From positions 52,382-116,381 of the IMG/VR virus record IMGVR_UViG_3300021255_003058: a stretch of 64,000 nt of DNA. The stretch is one strand, 5' to 3'. A program made the translations under genes and the position numbers. The notes under the pieces were generated by a model. The model ran no database searches and was not told where the DNA came from. It saw nothing but the letters and a program-made list of their open reading frames with translations. Origin of the DNA: a virus (taxonomy: Duplodnaviria > Caudoviricetes). Of this stretch, positions 44,098 through 52,607 are shown piece by piece; the stretch's first letter is position 1, and each line of letters begins with the position of its first letter.

Positions 44098-44163
44098 TTA
44101 TCTTGTGTTAAAATTTAAATATTATTATATATAATATAGTTTAAATTTTACATTTGTTCAAAC

Positions 44164-45216
44164 ATGGCTAAAAAAGACGTACTTGAAAAGGAATTTGGAA
44201 TAGATAATGAACTTGAATCTGTGTTGAAGGAAATAAAAAAGCAATACGGAGAAGGCACCGTTATGCTTTTAGGAGAATCAGACGTAATGGATATTGAAGC
44301 TATTCCTTCCGGTTCATTGTCTTTAGATGTTGCTTTAGGTATTGGTGGATATCCTAAAGGAAGAATTGTTGAAATATATGGACCTGAAAGTTGCGGTAAG
44401 ACAACACTTGCAATACATGCTGTTGCTGAAGCACAAAAGATGGGTCTTAAAGCTGCATACATTGATGCAGAAAATGCATTTGATAGAGATTATGCAGCAG
44501 CTCTTGGAGTTGATGTAGATACATTATTATTTGCTCAACCTGACTGTGGTGAAGACTGTTTAGAAATTGCAACAAAGTTAATAGGTTCCGGTAAAATAGG
44601 AATTTGTGTTATTGACTCTGTTGCTGCATTAATACCTAAAGCAGAATTAGAAGGTGCTATGGGAGATGCAAGAATTGGGCTTCAAGCAAGATTAATGTCA
44701 CAAGCATTACGTAAGATGGTAGGTATTATCAAAAAGTCAAATTGCTTATGTATATTCATTAATCAGATTAGAGAAAAAATTGGTGTATTATTTGGTAATC
44801 CTGAAACAACAACTGGTGGTAATGCTTTAAAATTCTATGCATCAATAAGATTAGAAGTAAGAAAATCAACTGCTGTTAAAGATGGAGAAGAAGCAATTGC
44901 AAACTTAACAAAAGTAAAGGTTGTAAAAAATAAATGCGCACCACCATTTAGAAAAGCAGAATTTGAAATTGTGTTTGGTAAAGGCATTAATAGATTTGGA
45001 GAAATAATAGACAAATCAATTGAATATGATATCATACACAAATCAGGATCTTGGTTCAGTTATGGAGAAGTAAAACTTGGACAAGGCAAACAAGCAGTCA
45101 TTGATTTATTAAATGATAATCCTGAATTATTGGAAGAAATAGAACAAAAAGTTATAAATGTTATTTCAAACAAACCTAAAGATGGCGCTTATGAATTAGA
45201 TGATATATTAAAATAA
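44164..45216 (+). CDS. recA: Recombinase RecA (bacterial type)
   Basis: [66 protein letters not shown]. Confidence 0.98.
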   Translation: MAKKDVLEKEFGIDNELESVLKEIKKQYGEGTVMLLGESDVMDIEAIPSGSLSLDVALGIGGYPKGRIVEIYGPESCGKTTLAIHAVAEAQKMGLKAAYIDAENAFDRDYAAALGVDVDTLLFAQPDCGEDCLEIATKLIGSGKIGICVIDSVAALIPKAELEGAMGDARIGLQARLMSQALRKMVGIIKKSNCLCIFINQIREKIGVLFGNPETTTGGNALKFYASIRLEVRKSTAVKDGEEAIANLTKVKVVKNKCAPPFRKAEFEIVFGKGINRFGEIIDKSIEYDIIHKSGSWFSYGEVKLGQGKQAVIDLLNDNPELLEEIEQKVINVISNKPKDGAYELDDILK

Positions 45217-45219
45217 AAC

Positions 45220-45660
45220 ATGTATTTATGTAACATGTGTAATAAATATAAATATATAGATGTTATGTATTTTAAAATCAAATTAAATAGAAATGTTTAT
45301 CTTCATGGTAGAGATAAACGAGTTATTGAAACATATTTTACAGAAGGACAACATTTTGCTGATGCAGGAATGAAAGTTATCAAAGAACTTGGAACTGATA
45401 TTGAAGTTGAAGATGTTTGTTTAATGAAGAATTTCAAACCTGCAGCAAATGAATGGCATGAAGATAGTAAAATATTTGCAGTAAAGGTAGCTGAAGATAT
45501 ATTTGGAGAAGATGGTACAATAAAGACAGTTAAATATGCTTTACCTGTATTTGCAAAAACAAGTGATGAAGTTCATGAAATAATGAAAAACTATATTGCA
45601 CAAGGTTTAGAGAATATGAGAATTACCACAATCTCCGAAACAAAGTGGATTTGGATATAA
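45220..45660 (+). CDS. DUF4494-like Bacteroidota protein (start probably at internal Met)
   Basis: YFKIKL..V.ETY....F.DA...I..L pattern and I.ETK end. Confidence 0.5.
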   Translation: MYLCNMCNKYKYIDVMYFKIKLNRNVYLHGRDKRVIETYFTEGQHFADAGMKVIKELGTDIEVEDVCLMKNFKPAANEWHEDSKIFAVKVAEDIFGEDGTIKTVKYALPVFAKTSDEVHEIMKNYIAQGLENMRITTISETKWIWI

Positions 45661-45725
45661 TAGTTATTATATAAGAGGTTCAATTATATAAATTTATAAA
45701 AAATATATAAAAAATACTTTATAAT

Positions 45726-46388
45726 ATGAAATATTTAAAGAAATTTGATAATCATACTCAGTATGAAACCTATACTGCTTCCACTGAGTTCATTACGCCA
45801 AATGTATCACTGTGCGCTCAAGAGAATGAGGTGCATTACAACCCATACGTTGACCCTTACAATGGTCATGCATACGTTGACCTTGGCTTGCCAAGCGGAA
45901 CGAAGTGGGCAACGATGAATGTCGGTGCGACAAGTGAGACCGAATATGGTAACTACTATCAGTATGGCAAGGGTGCTGCTCAGTATGCAGCAACAAGTGG
46001 GCAATCTGATTATGCGGGTACTGAAAACCCACTTGCAACATCTGCTGACACTGCCGCGCAAGTATGGGGCGGTGGTTGGCATATGCCAACTGAAGCACAA
46101 ATGAAGGAGCTAACAGCTAATACCACTTATCAGTGGGTAACTGACTACAAGGGTAGTGGTATCAATGGCGGTTTGTTCACAGCTACCAACGGTAAGTCAG
46201 TGTTTTTTCCTGCTGCTGGCGGCTGGCGCGATGGTAGCCAGAGCAACGTAGGTAGTCGCGGTTACTGTTGGGGTTCTTCTCCTTATATTAGTAGCGCTTA
46301 CTACTTGAACTTTTTCAATGGTAACAAGGGCGTGAACTACGGCAGCGACCGTAAGTACGGCTTCTCGGTTCGTGGCGTGGTTGGATAA
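45726..46388 (+). CDS. Fib_succ_major/CLec-fold putative receptor-binding protein with VR-like C-terminus
   Basis: YVDLGLPSGTKWATMNVGA, WHMPT, FFPAAG, W.SSP, R.YGFSVR; GC visibly much higher than flanks. Confidence 0.85.
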   Translation: MKYLKKFDNHTQYETYTASTEFITPNVSLCAQENEVHYNPYVDPYNGHAYVDLGLPSGTKWATMNVGATSETEYGNYYQYGKGAAQYAATSGQSDYAGTENPLATSADTAAQVWGGGWHMPTEAQMKELTANTTYQWVTDYKGSGINGGLFTATNGKSVFFPAAGGWRDGSQSNVGSRGYCWGSSPYISSAYYLNFFNGNKGVNYGSDRKYGFSVRGVVG

Positions 46389-46427
46389 GAATTTATTAAA
46401 CAAATATAAAAACAATCAAATTAAAAC

Positions 46428-46445
46428 GGGAGGCAATTGCCTCCC
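46428..46445. terminator. Hairpin between convergent genes
   Basis: GGGAGGCAATTGCCTCCC palindrome. Confidence 0.65.
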
Positions 46446-46764
46446 TAATTTATTGTATATGTAAATATTTTTTTTCTGATTTTTCAAAAACTTTCTTTGG
46501 CATTACATTATAATATTTTCCATTATTTTTATCTTCAAATTCAATTATAATATCATTTTGATGTAAATCTAATTCTCTTGGAATTCCTAAATATGAAAAA
46601 CTGTATTTTATATTCAAACCAATACGGTATACTTTTTTCAGCATTTCCTTCTCTAATTTGTTCAATTTTTAGTTCTCCATTTGTTAAAACTTTTTTACTT
46701 CGTCAGTATTTAAACCATCAAATTTAATATATTTATTTGACTTCATAAATATTTACAGATATTT

Positions 46765-47520
46765 TTATAAAGTAATTTCACCCAATAACTTTATAAGAGG
46801 TGTATTGAGATATTTTGAATTCTTTTTATAATTATTTAATTCTTCTTTAACCTTAACTAATTTATCTTTCATCTCATCATGAAATCCTGCGTCACCAGTA
46901 ATACGTGGTTTCCAATCAAGTGTAAATTTTGCTAGCTTAGTTTCATCAATATCAATATACCAAAATCTATTACGTTCTGCAATTTCACGAACAGCAAAAT
47001 GCCCATATCCAAGGTCCTCTTGATATCTTATTTCTAAATCATACTTATCAAATAATTTTGACTGAGCACATAAAACAAAATCAAAAAATGCAAATTCATA
47101 TTGGTCAGGTTTGCTATTTCCGACTGTACCATGAATATCAAATTTTTTATGTGAATATGATGATTTTGCTGGATGGCATTTAAGATATTTCAAACATCTT
47201 TCAAATGCAAAATCAAGAATTTTATCGAATGTTATATTTGGAGTATTAACAAAATCATTTAATTCTTTATTTACATTCTCATCATATTCCCATTTTTGTG
47301 TTGACCAATAAACAGGATTATATGGATCATTTATACTATTAAAGAAGTCATATGCATTTTTCTCCCATATATGTCGTGGTGTAAAAAATAACTTTCCTTC
47401 TTCACTATCTTCATCTTTTGAATATCCAGCACACAATTCATCTTCCTCTTTATTTGGTTTATATAACTCAGGATTTGTCAAATAAAGTGATTTTCTAATT
47501 CCGTATTCGTAAAGTTTCAT
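46765..47520 (-). CDS. Hypothetical protein
   Basis: 251-aa ORF. Confidence 0.7.
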   Translation of the reverse strand: MKLYEYGIRKSLYLTNPELYKPNKEEDELCAGYSKDEDSEEGKLFFTPRHIWEKNAYDFFNSINDPYNPVYWSTQKWEYDENVNKELNDFVNTPNITFDKILDFAFERCLKYLKCHPAKSSYSHKKFDIHGTVGNSKPDQYEFAFFDFVLCAQSKLFDKYDLEIRYQEDLGYGHFAVREIAERNRFWYIDIDETKLAKFTLDWKPRITGDAGFHDEMKDKLVKVKEELNNYKKNSKYLNTPLIKLLGEITL

Positions 47521-47858
47521 AATTATATTTTTCTAAGTTGTTCAATTATTACTTTAAAATAAGCTCTATTTCCACTTGATACATATATATCATATTCCTT
47601 ATGACGTTCAATTGCATCTTTTATTGCATCTTCACGTTCATCAATTATATCATGATATTTTGATTTTCTTTTTTGATATACATAATAATGACAATCACCC
47701 CATGCCATATTATGACCCGTACCAACCCTTATAATCATTACTTAAAATCCTTTTAATTAATATAGTAATAATTAAAAAAATAATAAAAAGGATGATACTC
47801 ACTAAGAATATCACCCTTCAAATAATCTTATGAAATATATTAAAAATTTTTTAACGAA

Positions 47859-48461
47859 TTAAAGTCCTAAATTCAATACGCCTTCAACAACTGCTGATTG
47901 TGTTTGACCTGAAATAGATGTAGATACTTTATCATCTACATATTGTTTAACAGTCTTATCACCTAAACCAGCTAAACCAGCTTTAACAGTATCAACAAAT
48001 GTACCAGCAATACCTTCAGTATTATCTGGATTATTTAATTCATTTAATACATTTTGTAAATTTGTAATTGTTTGAGCTGAAGAATCAGAACCTAATACTT
48101 TATCAACCAAATCTTTTGCATATGCTTTAGCTCCATTAATAGTATCTGCAGAAGCTGCATCAGTACTTGCACCTATTACTTGTGATTTTGCTGTTGCTGC
48201 AGCTCCAGTAGCATCATAATTAGTAGCTAAACTATCGGCATATTTCTTAGCCCCATTAATAGTATTTGATGCTGCTGTATCATTAGTTGAATCACCAATT
48301 AATGTTGTTTGAGAATCAGATACTGCTTTTGCAACAGATCCTATTACATTTGCTGCACCTTCAAGCTTAGTTAATCTTAAATTAGATTCAGTGTCTTGTA
48401 TTTGGTAAGTAATACCGTCTTTTGCTTTAATGTCATGAATTACGTGTTCGCTGTAAGCCAT
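47859..48461 (-). CDS. Putative virion fibre/structural protein
   Basis: Ala/Thr-rich repeats IG.STD.A...TINGAK.YA x2. Confidence 0.55.
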   Translation of the reverse strand: MAYSEHVIHDIKAKDGITYQIQDTESNLRLTKLEGAANVIGSVAKAVSDSQTTLIGDSTNDTAASNTINGAKKYADSLATNYDATGAAATAKSQVIGASTDAASADTINGAKAYAKDLVDKVLGSDSSAQTITNLQNVLNELNNPDNTEGIAGTFVDTVKAGLAGLGDKTVKQYVDDKVSTSISGQTQSAVVEGVLNLGL

Positions 48462-48497
48462 AAATTATAATGAAATATAGTTATTAATTTAGAAGAT

Positions 48498-48659
48498 TTA
48501 TTCTTCATTTTGTTTTTCTCCTTTTATAAGTTCTCGTAATCCCTCTACATATTTTCCATTATAATTTTCTACTAATGATTCAATTAATTCTTTTACTTGT
48601 TCATCAGTATATTCTTTCTTATCTGAATTTTCATTAATATAATTTAATAAATTCTTCAT
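48498..48659 (-). CDS. Small acidic protein (53 aa, not in ORF track)
   Basis: MKNLLNYINENSDKKEYTDEQVKELIESLVENY... Confidence 0.6.
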   Translation of the reverse strand: MKNLLNYINENSDKKEYTDEQVKELIESLVENYNGKYVEGLRELIKGEKQNEE

Positions 48660-48668
48660 ATTATATAT

Positions 48669-48983
48669 TTATTTTATTTCGCTTAAATCTAATACTCCTC
48701 TATTTACGGAAACATTATCATAAGCAACTTGCTTTAACTTTTCAATATCAGATTCAATTTTTGTTAATCTGTTTAATATTTCATTAATTCTTTGATCATC
48801 CATATTGTTATTATAATCTGAAACATTTGCTGCACCACCTGGAGTATACCAGGGATTATCATAATATATATCTTCGTATCTTGTTAATCCAGTTGCTAAA
48901 TAAGTTCGATCTTCTTTGGATAATTGTTCAATTGCTTCCATTGAAAATCCCATCTTTAATAATCTTCCATCTATATGATTCAT
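48669..48983 (-). CDS. Hypothetical coiled-coil protein
   Basis: C-terminus IEKLKQVAYDNVSVNRGVLDLSE shared with neighbour. Confidence 0.7.
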   Translation of the reverse strand: MNHIDGRLLKMGFSMEAIEQLSKEDRTYLATGLTRYEDIYYDNPWYTPGGAANVSDYNNNMDDQRINEILNRLTKIESDIEKLKQVAYDNVSVNRGVLDLSEIK

Positions 48984-48984
48984 T

Positions 48985-49299
48985 TTAGTTTACTTCACTC
49001 AAATCTAATACTCCATTATCAACAGAAACTTCATCATATGCAACTTGTTTCAATGCTTCAATATCAGCTTCCAATAATTCTATCTTTTGTAATAATTCTG
49101 ATTTCTGTTGTTCTGTAAATATTATATTTTGTAAATGATCATAAATTTCTTGTATTGCATTACTATATGTATCTATTCCATTGTTTATTCTTGAATATTC
49201 TTCATCGGATATTTCAAAATATCTTTGTTCGATCATTTCATCAAGATTATCAACAATACGTTTTTTTATTATATATTCTGCTTTATTTACAGTTTTCAT
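48985..49299 (-). CDS. Hypothetical coiled-coil protein
   Basis: C-terminus IEALKQVAYDEVSVDNGVLDLSE. Confidence 0.7.
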   Translation of the reverse strand: MKTVNKAEYIIKKRIVDNLDEMIEQRYFEISDEEYSRINNGIDTYSNAIQEIYDHLQNIIFTEQQKSELLQKIELLEADIEALKQVAYDEVSVDNGVLDLSEVN

Positions 49300-49301
49300 A
49301 A

Positions 49302-49862
49302 TTATTCAATAAATGTATATATATCTGATGATTCTTTATATTCACAACTATTTGGAAATTCTTCAATGAATCTGATTAATTTCTGTTCGTCTGTTTGGTT
49401 TTCATCTTGTACAAACTCATAATCTCTTGCATATTTAATTGCTCTATTGAACATATATGTACTACCATATATTAATGATCCAAATCCAAAATATTCACTT
49501 GATTGTTCATTATCTTTATTAATATATCCAAAATACAATTTTGCATCATTTAATAATTCTGAATTATCGTAAGCTTTGAACATTGCATTTGGATTGATAA
49601 ATATTGAATAATCTCCTTGATTACTAATATATTTTTGAAGAATATCAATTTTATTTAATGGAATAATAGATAACTCATTATCAAATCTTACTTCAATTGT
49701 TATGTTGTTCTTATCATATTCATCATAAAAATTCATTCTTGAATCATTTGTTATTAATACAATTCTCTTTTGAACTTCAGGATAAAATGTCTTAACTGAT
49801 TTTAAGAATTGTGAAAAATATTCTATTGCATATCCTCCACACATATAATAAATAGTTATCAT
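49302..49862 (-). CDS. Possible degenerate GT6-like glycosyltransferase
   Basis: GGY.IEYFSQFLKSVKTFYP....IVLITND N-terminus, G..IYG, DE; DxD-equivalent not evident. Confidence 0.4.
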   Translation of the reverse strand: MITIYYMCGGYAIEYFSQFLKSVKTFYPEVQKRIVLITNDSRMNFYDEYDKNNITIEVRFDNELSIIPLNKIDILQKYISNQGDYSIFINPNAMFKAYDNSELLNDAKLYFGYINKDNEQSSEYFGFGSLIYGSTYMFNRAIKYARDYEFVQDENQTDEQKLIRFIEEFPNSCEYKESSDIYTFIE

Positions 49863-49950
49863 CTAATATAGTTAATTATTTATATAAAAATAATAAAATT
49901 CTACATAGATGATAACTATAAATATGAATAGACAAATTGATGTACTTGAG

Positions 49951-50132
49951 ATGTACTGCGAGATAAAAGCTCAACAGAAACTTAGGCATCATACTGCAGA
50001 AAAGCTAAAACAGTTAATTGGTTGTTCTTATTGTTGTTGTTGACGTTGCCATTGTTAGTGTTAACGTTCCATGCATTGTTCCAATTGTTCTCAGAAGCAG
50101 ACCAATAGTTTGCATTAGCTAAGCTGGACATA
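49951..50132 (-). repeat. DGR template repeat (TR)
   Basis: 182-nt non-coding copy of the target 3' end with 17 AAY triplets (reads ...NYWSASENNWNNAWNVNTNNGNVNNNNKNNQLTV...). Confidence 0.97.
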
Positions 50133-50345
50133 AAAAATCAACAGCATACGGAGAAACCTTAGATAAGATTCTGTTTTCAGGTACCATCTAATAAAATTTC
50201 GTAACGAGCTATTAAACATAACTTGTGTGGTACTCATTTCAAGTAGTCAAAATCAAAAAATCCAATCAAGCGTACCCAATTAGAAAATCTATTCAACAAT
50301 AAATATGATAAAGAAAGCTTTCAAAGATCGATTATTAAAATTTCA

Positions 50346-50369
50346 CGGTTTACTCCTAAGAGTAAACCG
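50346..50369. promoter_or_regulatory. DGR target-recognition hairpin/cruciform candidate
   Basis: Perfect 10-bp stem CGGTTTACTC-ctaa-GAGTAAACCG about 30 nt 3' of VR, absent after TR. Confidence 0.75.
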
Positions 50370-50400
50370 GAAGTCAGCTAATGATGCTGCCTTCAATGAA

Positions 50401-50585
50401 ATGTACTGCGAGATAAAAGCTCAACAGAAACTTAGGCATCATACTGCAGAAAAGCTAAAACAGTAAAAGGGTTGTCCTTAGTGAAGTAGCCGTAGACGAG
50501 GCCACTGAGAGTGCTAACGAACCATGCAAGGTACCAATTGATCTCAGAAGCAGACCAATAGCTTGCATTAGCTAAGCTGGACATA
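50401..50585 (-). repeat. DGR variable repeat (VR)
   Basis: 185 nt; differs from TR by 22 substitutions, all at TR adenines, plus one 3-nt insertion. Confidence 0.97.
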
Positions 50586-51673
50586 CAATCTTCAGGATAT
50601 ACTGAAGATATCTCAGCTAATCTTGCTCTTATATGTTTCAAATCAGGAATAATAAATGCTAACTCACCACAAGCAGGTAAATACCAATCACCGGCAGATG
50701 TACCTAATGTTCTATATTGTGAACAACAATAGAATGGTTTTAATTGTTCTAATCTAGTCTGATAGTCGCATTTTCCAACATATGTTACTGAACTAGTATC
50801 AATTGGAGACGCACTTGCATATTTTGAAACAATTTTATCTGTTGCATCCTTTCCATGAATTCTAGTTAAAGCATGTGTTGGATATGTAAATTCAGAAGGA
50901 TTTTCAGTCACAACCCATTTATTATCTTCAGTATATAATGATGGTAAAAATCTATTATTAGACACTGGATCACTATGCCATCCTCTTACATTATCTACAT
51001 AAAATAATCCTTCTGGTAATGGAGTTTTTGATCCTATTGTACCTGCTGTTATATAATAGTTATTAAATGCATCTGAAGGCAAATACGACCAGTCATATTG
51101 TTTTGATACACGTGTAGTATTTTGAAAATTAGCTTCTACATTAACACCATCAGAAAACGATAAATCTGGCCATGAATAATTAATATTTGTCCAATCTGCT
51201 TTATATCTTGATGTATTCAATTGTTCTTGAGTATAAGTAGATGTTTTGGGAGTATATACTGATGTTTCATCCCAAGTCATACCAACGTTAGTTAATGAAC
51301 CATTTTGTGCATTTTCTACAAATGGACGTGTGTCTGTTTCTGTATTAGACATATTGTCAAAATACATATATTTTAATGACATCCATCTACTATGTTCACC
51401 AAGACCTAAGAAGTTTTCTCCTATAACTCTTAATGCAATTGGTTTATATCCTTCACTTGGGTTTAATACATTATGAGTAATTCTTTTTTGTGTAGTATCA
51501 GATATTTTTACCCATAAAATATCATATAATCCATTATTTCTATTGAATATTACTTTTCTGTTATTATTTCCATCATAATTTTCAATTCTACAAACATTTG
51601 GAAGATTATAATTCCATAAAGCTTTGTCTGCTAAATAATCAGCATTTGTATCATACACTAAAAAGTTTTTCAT
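50432..51673 (-). CDS. DGR target protein (CLec-fold, putative receptor-binding/tail fibre)
   Basis: WYLPACGEL and YWSASE..AW motifs; VR occupies last 50 codons. Confidence 0.92.
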   Translation of the reverse strand: MKNFLVYDTNADYLADKALWNYNLPNVCRIENYDGNNNRKVIFNRNNGLYDILWVKISDTTQKRITHNVLNPSEGYKPIALRVIGENFLGLGEHSRWMSLKYMYFDNMSNTETDTRPFVENAQNGSLTNVGMTWDETSVYTPKTSTYTQEQLNTSRYKADWTNINYSWPDLSFSDGVNVEANFQNTTRVSKQYDWSYLPSDAFNNYYITAGTIGSKTPLPEGLFYVDNVRGWHSDPVSNNRFLPSLYTEDNKWVVTENPSEFTYPTHALTRIHGKDATDKIVSKYASASPIDTSSVTYVGKCDYQTRLEQLKPFYCCSQYRTLGTSAGDWYLPACGELAFIIPDLKHIRARLAEISSVYPEDCMSSLANASYWSASEINWYLAWFVSTLSGLVYGYFTKDNPFTVLAFLQYDA

Positions 51674-51685
51674 ATAATATTATAA

Positions 51686-52153
51686 TTATGATTCTAAATT
51701 TGTAACTCTATCATTTAAGTCATTTAATGCTGCTGCCCATGTTTCCTCAATATCTAATATTGCTTTATGTAATTTAGATATAGCAGAATACACAGTTTCT
51801 AATGCAACTGGAATTAATTGTGCATTTGTTCCTGTTGATGCTGCATAATTTGATGGTAATTTTAATGCATCAATAATATCGTCTTCAATTTGATTTAATG
51901 CTGCTGCCCAAGTTTCTTCATCTCCAACAATACCATTGTTTAATTTTTGTATTGCAGTTTGGAAATTATCGTTAGTTTGAGGTGAATTTAATTCTTGTAC
52001 CTTTGTTGGTGTTTGATAATTACTATCTAAAGATACTTGAACGTTTCCTAATGCAGTTCTTGCTGCAGTATCTTTAATACTATGTAAAGTATTCTGTTTT
52101 GTTTTTATTTGTTCAACTTCGTCAGCAATTGGAGTAATATTTACATTTGCCAT
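51686..52153 (-). CDS. Putative virion/fibre-associated protein with internal repeat
   Basis: AI.KL...I...EETWAAALN repeated twice. Confidence 0.6.
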   Translation of the reverse strand: MANVNITPIADEVEQIKTKQNTLHSIKDTAARTALGNVQVSLDSNYQTPTKVQELNSPQTNDNFQTAIQKLNNGIVGDEETWAAALNQIEDDIIDALKLPSNYAASTGTNAQLIPVALETVYSAISKLHKAILDIEETWAAALNDLNDRVTNLES

Positions 52154-52195
52154 AATTCAAATCCAAATATAAATTTATTTATTAAAAATAATTTT

Positions 52196-52565
52196 TTATG
52201 AATTTAATTTATCTATCCATAATGTAAGTTGTTCTTCAATTTTTTCCTAAATCTTTACACAATACATTATATTGTGCTTCATTAATTATCTTAAAATCAT
52301 CATATATAATTTTTAATTTAATTTCTAATAAGAACAGATTTTCTTTCAATTCATATGCATATTTCAATTTTATTTCTTTATCTTTATTATAATACGATAA
52401 TGACATTTTTGATATACATATAGATATTAATTCAAATAATTCTTTTCCTATAACAGGTTTCATATCATTACGCATATTTATATAATAAGGGGCATAATTA
52501 CAAGCCAATAAATGTAATGATCTATATATGTTTGTATCTAAAAATTTCTTACATTCGTATAACAT
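52196..52565 (-). CDS. avd: Avd-like DGR accessory protein (four-helix bundle), frameshifted near C-terminus
   Basis: IY...M.ND.K.VIG, L...LKI...KII...QY pattern; ORF stops at 52236 but removing one A from the A6 run gives LGKIEEQLTLWIDKLNS*. Confidence 0.75.
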
Positions 52566-52607
52566 AAATATTATTAATTATTGATATTTATTAAATAATA
52601 TATTAAA

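Noticed and set aside
50133-50345. tRNA or other known RNA gene in the TR-VR spacer
   Set aside because: No cloverleaf or T-loop motif seen; no tRNA or rRNA recognised anywhere in the window by eye
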